Translations under genes and position numbers: made by a program | Virus record (IMG/VR): IMGVR_UViG_3300038701_001713 | Reading direction: 5' to 3' (one strand) | Length of the DNA stretch: 64,000 nt | Source: a virus | Shown: one piece after another, positions 56,613 through 64,000 of the stretch | How the letters are laid out: each line of letters opens with the position of its first letter | Position numbering within the stretch: the first letter of the stretch is position 1 | The notes under the pieces: model-generated | What the model was told of the DNA's origin: nothing | Databases searched by the model: none | Seen by the model: only the letters and a program-made list of their open reading frames with translations

Positions 56613-57125
56613 ATGATACAATACGAGCTACTAATCCATAAAGGGGTAGAGATTAGAAAAATGAAAAATCTACAGTACCTACCTATACTAAATGACCCTG
56701 ACAGCATAAAAACAGGGTATTGGTTTGAGTACGGCCCAAATGAATACAGGATGAAACCTTATGTTATAGAGTTAATAGAAGATGACCAATATTCTTGCGA
56801 GATAAAGATATACGATGCAGATGGGTCTTATTCTTATCCAGATGAAGAAAATGCGGTTACAGGAGATTATTTAGTGCATTCGGGTGATGATTTTGATTTA
56901 GTCGCAACGGTTAGTGTTGGTCCAAAATATTTTTTACTAGATGTTAAAAAGTTACAATTTTATTGGGATGATTGGTATTATGGAGATGATTGGGAAGTGG
57001 GTAAACAATCCCGTAAAATAAATACTTCCTTTAAGGAAGAAACTAACGAAGTAATATCTTTAGCAAAAGCTATAGACTACAGTTTAAAGCTGGCTTCCGA
57101 GAAGTTTAACATGAAAAAATACTAA
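56613..57125 (+). CDS. acidic aromatic-rich hypothetical protein
   Basis: 170 aa, first gene after promoter. Confidence 0.55.
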   Translation: MIQYELLIHKGVEIRKMKNLQYLPILNDPDSIKTGYWFEYGPNEYRMKPYVIELIEDDQYSCEIKIYDADGSYSYPDEENAVTGDYLVHSGDDFDLVATVSVGPKYFLLDVKKLQFYWDDWYYGDDWEVGKQSRKINTSFKEETNEVISLAKAIDYSLKLASEKFNMKKY

Positions 57126-57134
57126 CTTACTAAC

Positions 57135-57320
57135 ATGAAAACAATATACGCATTACAAAACAATAAAGTTGTTCCTCTAATAAAATTCACTAAAACAGGC
57201 AGCGGAGTTTGCGTTTCTCATTTCGATTACGGCAAACAAAAACACATTGCATATATGGACAACTTACAGTTCAAAGAATTTGCAAACGTTATTAACGATA
57301 TTAAAACTTCTATACAGTAA
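57135..57320 (+). CDS. small hypothetical protein
   Basis: 61 aa. Confidence 0.5.
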   Translation: MKTIYALQNNKVVPLIKFTKTGSGVCVSHFDYGKQKHIAYMDNLQFKEFANVINDIKTSIQ

Positions 57321-57544
57321 TGGAGTTAGTAAAATCAATAACTCAAACGTCCAACACAATTGAATTTTTAACTGATGGTGAAAAACTTATTATTGAAGGC
57401 TATGGAAGATGGGATTTTTCCTACGCAGATTTAACAACCCATCCGTTGTTTGCATCAAACACACGTAATAGACACCTTACTTACGGAGTATATATTCAGT
57501 CTGGTAAAGGGGTACGGGTTAAAAAAATAAACGTAATAGTATGA
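57320..57544 (+). CDS. YGVY-family microprotein F1 with non-family N-terminus (74 aa)
   Basis: ...WDFSYAD...ASNTRNRHLTYGVYIQSGKGVRVKKINVIV*. Confidence 0.75.
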   Translation: MELVKSITQTSNTIEFLTDGEKLIIEGYGRWDFSYADLTTHPLFASNTRNRHLTYGVYIQSGKGVRVKKINVIV

Positions 57545-57702
57545 TATTTAAGTTTGTAAGGCCAATTAATTATGCTTATCGTGTAAAAAGAGATTTGTTT
57601 AACAAAGGTTTAAACCCTAGAGTTTCAAAACCAGAAATACGTAGTTGGCACAACACTTACGGAACTTACGTAAGCATAAATAAAATAACAGTTGCAATAT
57701 GA
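57541..57702 (+). CDS. YGVY-family microprotein F2 (53 aa)
   Basis: MIFKFVRPINYAYRVKRDLFNKGLNPRVSKPEIRSWHNTYGTYVSINKITVAI*. Confidence 0.75.
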   Translation: MIFKFVRPINYAYRVKRDLFNKGLNPRVSKPEIRSWHNTYGTYVSINKITVAI

Positions 57703-57890
57703 TTGATGTAAAACAAAAGAAAGAAGTTTTTCTGGAAGATGAAATATATAGGTATGCCGCAATTTTTAATAAAAATGGCAAAATAATATTAGAGTACTAC
57801 AACGAAGACGATGGGAAAGAAACTGAATTATCTAAACCACAACTACATACTTTAATATCCGAACTAACAGAATTATACCACAGTTTGTGA
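57699..57890 (+). CDS. small hypothetical protein
   Basis: 63 aa. Confidence 0.5.
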   Translation: MIDVKQKKEVFLEDEIYRYAAIFNKNGKIILEYYNEDDGKETELSKPQLHTLISELTELYHSL

Positions 57891-58208
57891 GGAGAACAAT
57901 GAAAATAAAGTTAGATAAAGGAATACTGGAATTAACCCAAAACAAAAAAGCATTAAAAATAAGAGCTTTTGCAAATAAAGAAGGATGTGCTTATTTGGAT
58001 AAAAACGGAGTTAAACTATTATTAGACTATGTACAAAACGTGTATGATAAGATTTAAAGCCATTTCCTTGCGTTCTAACGAACTATCTATATTAATCCAT
58101 ACATTACCTTCAAAATAAAATTAAACACGCTTAGAAACGAAAAATGATAACAATACTACTATACTACGGGTTCTGCCATTTTTTAGGAGACTTTAGCCAT
58201 TTAGCAAT

Positions 58209-58667
58209 ATGATAGCCTTAATCTTCATATACATAGCGGGAATGCTTAATTGGGTTTATGACATGAGTTTATTGAAGCCTGAATTGTTGCCCGATAAGTT
58301 TAATCCTGAAAATACTTGGCGGAATAAGTGGAAAATGTACTATTTAAAGCACATTCCCTGTTGCCAAGTTTACAAATATGTTAAGCCTCACTGGTGGTAT
58401 TTTGGGTTATACAAGCCCCAGTACGAAGAACGATTCCTCTACTCCTCCACCCTACTAGTATTCCTTACAGATTGGTTTCATGCTATACAGATGCTACAAC
58501 GTGTTATGTGGGTTACAGGGTTTGCGATTGCGGCCGTTTCACCTACACCCGATTGGAGTACGTTTTGGGTAATTCTTTTCTACATCAAAATATCAGCACT
58601 AGCTTATGGTGCTGGTTTTCATTCTTCACGAATAATCAACAAATGGCTAAGAAACCAGAAAAGATAA
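58209..58667 (+). CDS. membrane protein
   Basis: Multiple hydrophobic segments, W-rich. Confidence 0.55.
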   Translation: MIALIFIYIAGMLNWVYDMSLLKPELLPDKFNPENTWRNKWKMYYLKHIPCCQVYKYVKPHWWYFGLYKPQYEERFLYSSTLLVFLTDWFHAIQMLQRVMWVTGFAIAAVSPTPDWSTFWVILFYIKISALAYGAGFHSSRIINKWLRNQKR

Positions 58668-59122
58668 TAATAGTCGGAGCAGGTGCTAGCGGCAAAAACT
58701 ATTTATCTGAACGATATATTTCAAAGGGGTATTCTTTTGGTGTATCTTACACTACTAGACCTAAGAGAGAAGGAGAGGTTGAGGGGAAGGATTACTTTTT
58801 TATTGATAAAGAAAGTTTTAGGGAAAAGGTTAGAAAGGGAAAAATACTAGAATACGACATTAAGAACGATTGGATGTATGGCACCCCTATAAAAGAGTTT
58901 GAAACGAAAGACTTGTTTATTATGACACCTAGGGGCTTGTCTAGTTTAACCAAACAAGAGCGAAGTAATTGCTTTGTTATTTACTTAGATATTCCAGTGG
59001 AAGTTCGTAGAGAGCGGCTAGAGAAAAGAACCGATGGTGATGTAGATAGAAGGATTAGAGGTGATGGGTTTGATTTTGAAGGGTTTAAAGATTATGATTT
59101 AAGAATACAGTTTTTTGAATGA
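58643..59122 (+). CDS. guanylate kinase-like protein
   Basis: GAGASGKN P-loop, VSYTTRPKREGEVEGKDYFF; likely start MAKKPEK. Confidence 0.85.
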   Translation: MAKKPEKIIIVGAGASGKNYLSERYISKGYSFGVSYTTRPKREGEVEGKDYFFIDKESFREKVRKGKILEYDIKNDWMYGTPIKEFETKDLFIMTPRGLSSLTKQERSNCFVIYLDIPVEVRRERLEKRTDGDVDRRIRGDGFDFEGFKDYDLRIQFFE

Positions 59123-60008
59123 ATTTTAAAAAAAGCTTTTTAAAAAGATGTGTTGGATTTAGTGTTGGAGTAGATATACTTGATAATAATTATTGGGTTA
59201 AAATATATTATATTCAAAAAATATTTGGAATAGGTTTTAAAAAAACACTTAAGATAAGTTATTTTTATGCAAACGGCACTAAAAGCGGATATATAAAACC
59301 AACGGAAGAAATGATTAATGATGTGACATATCTTAGAGAATACTTTAATGAAAATTAACTATAAAGAAATAATACAGTCTACTAATTGCTGGCGGCTTCA
59401 AAAAGATATGGAGCGTGGAGAAAAAGGACAATTAGCTATTGCTTACAAAGGCGGCAAACCAGTTAAGGCGGCAACGAAAAAATGTTTGTTCGATGGGAAG
59501 TGTGGTAAGTATCAACCATGTATGTTACAGTCTCCAGAACAACAAGTGTTTGGCCCAGACATAGAAGAAATTCATGTTTACGGCAAATCTCCGTTAGACA
59601 GTTTAAGGGAATTAGGAGCAGGTGCCAGTAGTAAACTATTTTTAAAAACCATAGATGAGTTACCTGAATAAATACTTACACGAAATGCAATCAGAAATAC
59701 CTAATATAAACCCAGAAGGAAGTCTTAAAGAACTTCAATTCATATGTGAAGTAAGGGTCAAGTCGCTTAAACAATTGTATTATAAGACGATACAGTTAAG
59801 GAATGATACTTATAACAAAGATATTTCTTACACCTATTTAGAGAGATTAGCTGATAAATTAACGGCAAAATCCAAAGAGGGTAAGCAGTTAAGGGAGGAG
59901 ATTACGAGGTTGTTAAAGGAAATACTATATGGTGTGGGTGGATGTGATGAAAAAGAGAATAGTAATATATGCGAAGATAAAACGGAAAGTGCCGAAACAA
60001 ACGAATAG
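59119..60008 (+). other. three hypothetical ORFs (59119-59358, 59348-59671, 59655-60008)
   Basis: Overlapping co-directional ORFs. Confidence 0.5.
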
Positions 60009-60094
60009 GTTAAATTCGGACAAAAAAATAATAAGCCTTGAATTTTTTAAATGGGGTGTCAAATACGTAGACCCCGAAACTAAAACAATATATT

Positions 60095-60664
60095 TTGAAA
60101 TACCTTAGTATAGATATTGAAACGACAGGGGTTGACCCGCTAAACGACCAAATACTCTCTGTGGGTGCAATTGTAGAAGATACAAGTATTAAGTCTGATT
60201 TTAAAGATTTACCTAAAATACACTTAATATTAAAGCACGATAGGATTAACGGCAACCCTTATGCTATTCAAATGAACAATAGTATAATTAGATATATAAG
60301 CGGAAAAGAAAAACCACCATCCTTAGATGATGAGAAGTTTGGTTATACCGAAACAATAGACCCTAGTTTATTAGAGAGTTATTTAATACATTTCATTCAG
60401 TCACACATGGGTAATAAGAAAGTTGTGGCTGCTGGTAAAAACTTTGGGTCTTTTGATTTTCAGTTTTTGAAACAACATGGCTCTTTAGGTCTTTTTTTCG
60501 CACATAGATCTATAGACCCAGCTATGATGTATATTGACTGGAATGAAGATTACCCACCCAACCTTGAAACGTGTAAAGAGAAAGCGGGTTTACCCAAATT
60601 AGTTTCACACAACGCATTAGAGGATGCTTGGGATGTGATACAGTGTTTACGTAAATTTTACTAA
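60095..60664 (+). CDS. DEDDh 3'-5' exonuclease
   Basis: SIDIETTG, AGKNFGSFD, HNALEDA. Confidence 0.85.
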   Translation: MKYLSIDIETTGVDPLNDQILSVGAIVEDTSIKSDFKDLPKIHLILKHDRINGNPYAIQMNNSIIRYISGKEKPPSLDDEKFGYTETIDPSLLESYLIHFIQSHMGNKKVVAAGKNFGSFDFQFLKQHGSLGLFFAHRSIDPAMMYIDWNEDYPPNLETCKEKAGLPKLVSHNALEDAWDVIQCLRKFY

Positions 60665-61603
60665 ATGATACAGTGGCAGAATTATAAGGATTTTATTCAG
60701 AAGAGGGCCACTATAGGTCAGAGTTCTTCCGAAATATTGAACGCATTAAAAGAAACGTTTCCCGATGTTAAATGGAATTCATCGTCCGACAGGCATGTAA
60801 GACATATAGTTTATAAAATGAAAGAAGCGGGGGATATAGTGAATAAATCAGTAAATCTGCCAAGAGTACTTTTGTTTGACATAGAAACCGCTGCAATGTT
60901 GTTGAGGGGTTGGGATAAATGGAACCCCCCTATTAGCGTTGTAAAGGATTGGTATATTATATGCTGGTCCGCTAAGTGGATGTGGGAAACTAGAACGTAT
61001 AATGCTTGCGTAACTCCAGAAGAGGCTATAAACAGAGATGATGAGAGAGTTGTTAAAGCTTTATGGGGTCTGCTTAACGAGGCTGATGTGGTTATAGCAC
61101 ATAATGGAGATAAATTCGATATTAAAAAAGTAAACTCAAGGTTCTTCTTTCATAGGTTAGGTCCAACAAACCCATTTCAATCTATAGATACATTGAAGGC
61201 AACCAAAAAAGTGATGAAGAACTCATCCAATAGGCTGGATGACCTTTTGAAAATGCTTAACAAAGAAGGTAAGTATGAAACCCCTAGAGGTTTGTGGGAA
61301 GGATGCGAGGAGGGAGACCCAGAATCTTTGAAAATTATGCAGCATTATTGTGATGAAGATATAAGGGGCCTTGAAGATTACTATTTAGAATTAAGACCAT
61401 GGATAAAACCCCATCCTAACATTGGATTAATGATGGGTCAAGAAGAGGGTTGTGCTTATTGTGGTGAAGATGATGGGTTTACCCCTGCTGGATATGTTAA
61501 TACCTATGTAAGTACATTCGAAGTACATAAGTGTAATAATTGTGGCGGTCTGAACAAGACTAGGAAATCAATGAAAGATAAAAATAGCTTGAGAAGCTTA
61601 TGA
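60665..61603 (+). CDS. DnaQ/RNase H-superfamily exonuclease with C-terminal Zn ribbon
   Basis: LFDIET, AHNGDKFD, SIDTL, YCDEDI, CAYCG...CNNCG. Confidence 0.8.
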   Translation: MIQWQNYKDFIQKRATIGQSSSEILNALKETFPDVKWNSSSDRHVRHIVYKMKEAGDIVNKSVNLPRVLLFDIETAAMLLRGWDKWNPPISVVKDWYIICWSAKWMWETRTYNACVTPEEAINRDDERVVKALWGLLNEADVVIAHNGDKFDIKKVNSRFFFHRLGPTNPFQSIDTLKATKKVMKNSSNRLDDLLKMLNKEGKYETPRGLWEGCEEGDPESLKIMQHYCDEDIRGLEDYYLELRPWIKPHPNIGLMMGQEEGCAYCGEDDGFTPAGYVNTYVSTFEVHKCNNCGGLNKTRKSMKDKNSLRSL

Positions 61604-61854
61604 TGATTTTATATAATTTTAGCATGTTTATTGGAGGGGTGTTGTTTTTGTTATATGTTAACCTTTGGAAGAATAAAAAGAGTTTATCTCCAGAACATTA
61701 CTATTACTCTTCAAATTTTTTAAAATATCCCAAATACTCTTTATCTATAAGTATTTTTTTAGGTCCACTGTATTGTTTGGGGATTATTTGCTTAATGATT
61801 AAAGAACGAAAAGACTTTTCATGGAAACATGTAGATTCTTGGGATAAAAAGTAG
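61600..61854 (+). CDS. small membrane protein
   Basis: Two hydrophobic segments. Confidence 0.45.
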   Translation: MMILYNFSMFIGGVLFLLYVNLWKNKKSLSPEHYYYSSNFLKYPKYSLSISIFLGPLYCLGIICLMIKERKDFSWKHVDSWDKK

Positions 61855-61899
61855 TAAATTCTTTTTGATTTGCCAATAGGTTTTATTACTTTAGCCTAT

Positions 61900-62637
61900 A
61901 TGGGAAAAATAACAGAGAGGCTAACAAGCCATTATCATAAAGCTATAAAGTATGCGACTACTTGTTGTAAAGATGAAGAATTGGCTGTTGAGTTAGTGCA
62001 AGATGCTTATTTATCTTTAACTGTTGCCGAGAATAATGGGAGTATTAAAGAACATAATAATCAGTACGGTGTTTTTACTGCGGTTAAATATGCTTGGTAT
62101 TCTTATTTGAGGAACATTAACACAGTTGGAAGGAGTAAAGAAAGTAAGGAGAAATGGTTGTTTGAAAACCACACTTCTGATAAAAAAATAACTACTGTTA
62201 AAGAGGGTGAGGAAAAAAACTCATTTAAAATGAGGCGTTTTCCCATGGCGTATATAATGCCAAAAGAGGAGTTGTCTGATGAGTATGAGGTTGCTTTGAG
62301 TAAACTTTCCGCTAATGAAAAGAAAGCTATCCAATTACATATGGATGGATATAACGGTAGGGAGATTTCAGAACATTTACCAGTAGGTTTAAGGGCTGGT
62401 CAACAAACTTTATTAAGAGCAAAAGAGAAACTTGCTAAAGAATTAGGATATATCGACAAGCCAATAAAAGCCAATAATTCCTCAAAAATTATTAAAGCAT
62501 ACAGAGGTGAACAGGAGATAGTAATGGCTGGCAACAAAGAAATGATTAAACACGGGTTTACACCCCAAGCAGTTAATTTAGTTTTAAAAGGAAAAAGAAA
62601 CCACCACAAAGGATGGAAATTTAAGTATGATATTTAG
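61900..62637 (+). CDS. ECF-like sigma factor with C-terminal NUMOD1-like DNA-binding domain
   Basis: Region-2-like AVELVQDAYL; region-4-like LSKLSANEKKAIQLHMDGYNGREISE...LLRAKEKL; tail AVNLVLKGKRNHHKGWKFKY; promoter TTTG-N19-TACTTTAG upstream. Confidence 0.7.
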   Translation: MGKITERLTSHYHKAIKYATTCCKDEELAVELVQDAYLSLTVAENNGSIKEHNNQYGVFTAVKYAWYSYLRNINTVGRSKESKEKWLFENHTSDKKITTVKEGEEKNSFKMRRFPMAYIMPKEELSDEYEVALSKLSANEKKAIQLHMDGYNGREISEHLPVGLRAGQQTLLRAKEKLAKELGYIDKPIKANNSSKIIKAYRGEQEIVMAGNKEMIKHGFTPQAVNLVLKGKRNHHKGWKFKYDI

Positions 62638-62788
62638 GCACATATACTTCATAGACTCAAACAAAGAACAGCACGTTATTCATAAACCAAGTATATACCG
62701 TGGGCCATTTAATGTTTTGTATGGGGTGTATTTAGTTTCTAGCTCTATGAATAATACTCACAACGATAAAATACATGTACACGTATGA
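62627..62788 (+). CDS. YGVY-family microprotein G1 (53 aa)
   Basis: MIFRHIYFIDSNKEQHVIHKPSIYRGPFNVLYGVYLVSSSMNNTHNDKIHVHV*. Confidence 0.75.
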   Translation: MIFRHIYFIDSNKEQHVIHKPSIYRGPFNVLYGVYLVSSSMNNTHNDKIHVHV

Positions 62789-62937
62789 TATTTAAAGCTG
62801 GAAAGTATGGTAAATTAATGAGTGACAAAACATTTTACAATACACACCCTCACGTATACAACTCTAACGATTTATGGGAGGGCCACGATGTGTATGGAGT
62901 GTATTTGGGGAGGTGGGGAATAAACATAAGAGTATGA
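62785..62937 (+). CDS. YGVY-family microprotein G2 (50 aa)
   Basis: MIFKAGKYGKLMSDKTFYNTHPHVYNSNDLWEGHDVYGVYLGRWGINIRV*. Confidence 0.75.
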   Translation: MIFKAGKYGKLMSDKTFYNTHPHVYNSNDLWEGHDVYGVYLGRWGINIRV

Positions 62938-63104
62938 TATTTATAAATAAAAGAAGTCCGCATATTCATTTGTGGAAAAGTCGTGTTGATTCAATTATGT
63001 ACGCCCATGCAGGCCACCCTATTCTGTGTGAGGGTCATGATTTGAGTTATACACATATAAACTACGGTGTTTACACAGGAGAGAAAATAGAAATATTGAT
63101 ATGA
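62934..63104 (+). CDS. YGVY-family microprotein G3 (56 aa)
   Basis: MIFINK...GHPIL...THINYGVYTGEKIEILI*. Confidence 0.75.
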   Translation: MIFINKRSPHIHLWKSRVDSIMYAHAGHPILCEGHDLSYTHINYGVYTGEKIEILI

Positions 63105-63292
63105 TATTTAGATTAAAAGAATGGTCAATGATAACAGATGATGGTGAAGTTTGGGATTACTGTTACGCAAATAACACAACCCCTAAACTAACCGCATCAA
63201 ATACACGTAATATACACTCTACTTACGGGGTTTACATTGAAGGCAACAAACTAAAAGATTTCTATAATGACAAAATTACTGTGTTAATATGA
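63101..63292 (+). CDS. YGVY-family microprotein G4 (63 aa)
   Basis: MIFRLKEW...TTPKLTASNTRNIHSTYGVYIEG...DKITVLI*. Confidence 0.78.
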   Translation: MIFRLKEWSMITDDGEVWDYCYANNTTPKLTASNTRNIHSTYGVYIEGNKLKDFYNDKITVLI

Positions 63293-63447
63293 TATTTAAG
63301 AATACATACAGTCCTTTAAATCAATTAGATCCTCCAGTAAGGAGAATTGGTTTTAACTTAGGTTTTCTACCCACTTTTAACAACCAGCTATATACAAGAT
63401 ATTACGGAGTGCATGTTACTAAAGATAGTATAAGCGTAGTAATATGA
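63289..63447 (+). CDS. YGVY-family microprotein G5 (52 aa)
   Basis: MIFKNTYSPLNQLDPPVRRIGFNLGFLPTFNNQLYTRYYGVHVTKDSISVVI*. Confidence 0.72.
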   Translation: MIFKNTYSPLNQLDPPVRRIGFNLGFLPTFNNQLYTRYYGVHVTKDSISVVI

Positions 63448-63554
63448 ACACTGAACAAGAAGTAAAGTTTGTAACCCAACTAAAATCAGATTCTTTATTT
63501 AACAATAATTGTTATACCTTTGGTAGTGATAATTGTAAATCAAAATATGTATAA

Positions 63555-63953
63555 ATGAGAGAGATAAAGTTTAGGGCTTGGACAAAAGCTAAAAAAATGG
63601 TTTATGATGTAGTTCCTTTTCAATGGGATTACTGTATAAACCGAATGTGGCATAAGTGCATAGAAACAAACGGTAAAGGCATTCTTGGTTCTGGGGGTAC
63701 AGAGGCAAAGTTTGAAGTAGGTGGTTATTCTATAGTTGATGGCTCACTGATGCAATACACAGGTTTAAAAGACAAGAACGGTAAGGAGATATATGAAGGA
63801 GATATTGATAAAAAAGGAAGGGTTGTAAAGTACAGCGGAAGTTCGTTTCGGCTATATCAAGGTGAGCAAAGCGTGGACTACTTAGAGTGGATTTGCGAAG
63901 AAATTACTATTATTGGAAATATCCACGAGACCCCTGAATTATTAAACAAATAA
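63555..63953 (+). CDS. YopX-family protein
   Basis: MREIKFRAW...LMQYTGLKDKNGKEIYEGDI...IIGNIHETPELL. Confidence 0.9.
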   Translation: MREIKFRAWTKAKKMVYDVVPFQWDYCINRMWHKCIETNGKGILGSGGTEAKFEVGGYSIVDGSLMQYTGLKDKNGKEIYEGDIDKKGRVVKYSGSSFRLYQGEQSVDYLEWICEEITIIGNIHETPELLNK

Positions 63954-64000
63954 ATTATGAAGTTGTTAAAAAAAGTTAAAGAGAAATTAATAAGTATGGA

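Noticed and set aside
58394-58642. N-terminal 83-aa extension of the guanylate kinase-like ORF
   Set aside because: Overlaps the membrane-protein gene in another frame; the P-loop domain starts right after Met 58643.
3958-63447. Microproteins as DGR variable repeats or as MITEs with an ATGA target duplication
   Set aside because: No RT, differences are not adenine-restricted, and there are no terminal inverted repeats. ATGA overlaps are common throughout this genome, so they are not proof of transposition.
63957-64000. Window ends joining as a circle
   Set aside because: The final partial ORF is out of frame with the ORF remnant at positions 1-15 and there is no terminal overlap, so sequence is missing between the ends.
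1-64000. Stop-codon reassignment as in some crAss-like phages
   Set aside because: Long genes are intact in the standard code and TAA, TAG and TGA all act as stops.

Overview
The window is most of an AT-rich Bacteroidota (Flavobacteria-type) tailed-phage genome with a podovirus/crAss-like morphogenesis module. The minus strand (about 2.5-50.2 kb) carries GroES-like genes, terminase, portal, scaffold, major capsid, tail ring/muzzle/fibre proteins, three ejection proteins, lysis genes and replication genes (primase-helicase, DUF3127-type SSB, resolvase). The plus strand carries early/accessory genes (exonucleases, guanylate kinase-like, ECF-like sigma, YopX, C5 methylase) and a four-gene glycosyltransferase-like cluster. 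I saw no DNA polymerase, integrase, reverse transcriptase or CRISPR array. Three things stand out. (1) A family of 20 dispersed or tandem microprotein genes (44-74 aa), about half missed by the ORF track. They share fixed ends (MIF[K/R]...P-x-hydrophobic...YG[V/T]Y...KIxVx[I/V]-stop) around hypervariable, partly mosaic middles, and are chained to neighbours by ATGA overlaps. (2) Two paralogous non-coding transcription units (promoter, tRNA-like RNA with a replaced anticodon domain, variable structured RNA, shared terminator). (3) A 1,439-bp transposase-less IS1595-like cassette (29-bp perfect TIRs, 8-bp TSD) carrying HNH, toxin-like and Panacea antitoxin genes, which splits a HExxH gene. A secreted M43 metalloprotease gene is also present. 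All family assignments are by motif recognition and hand translation, not database searches.
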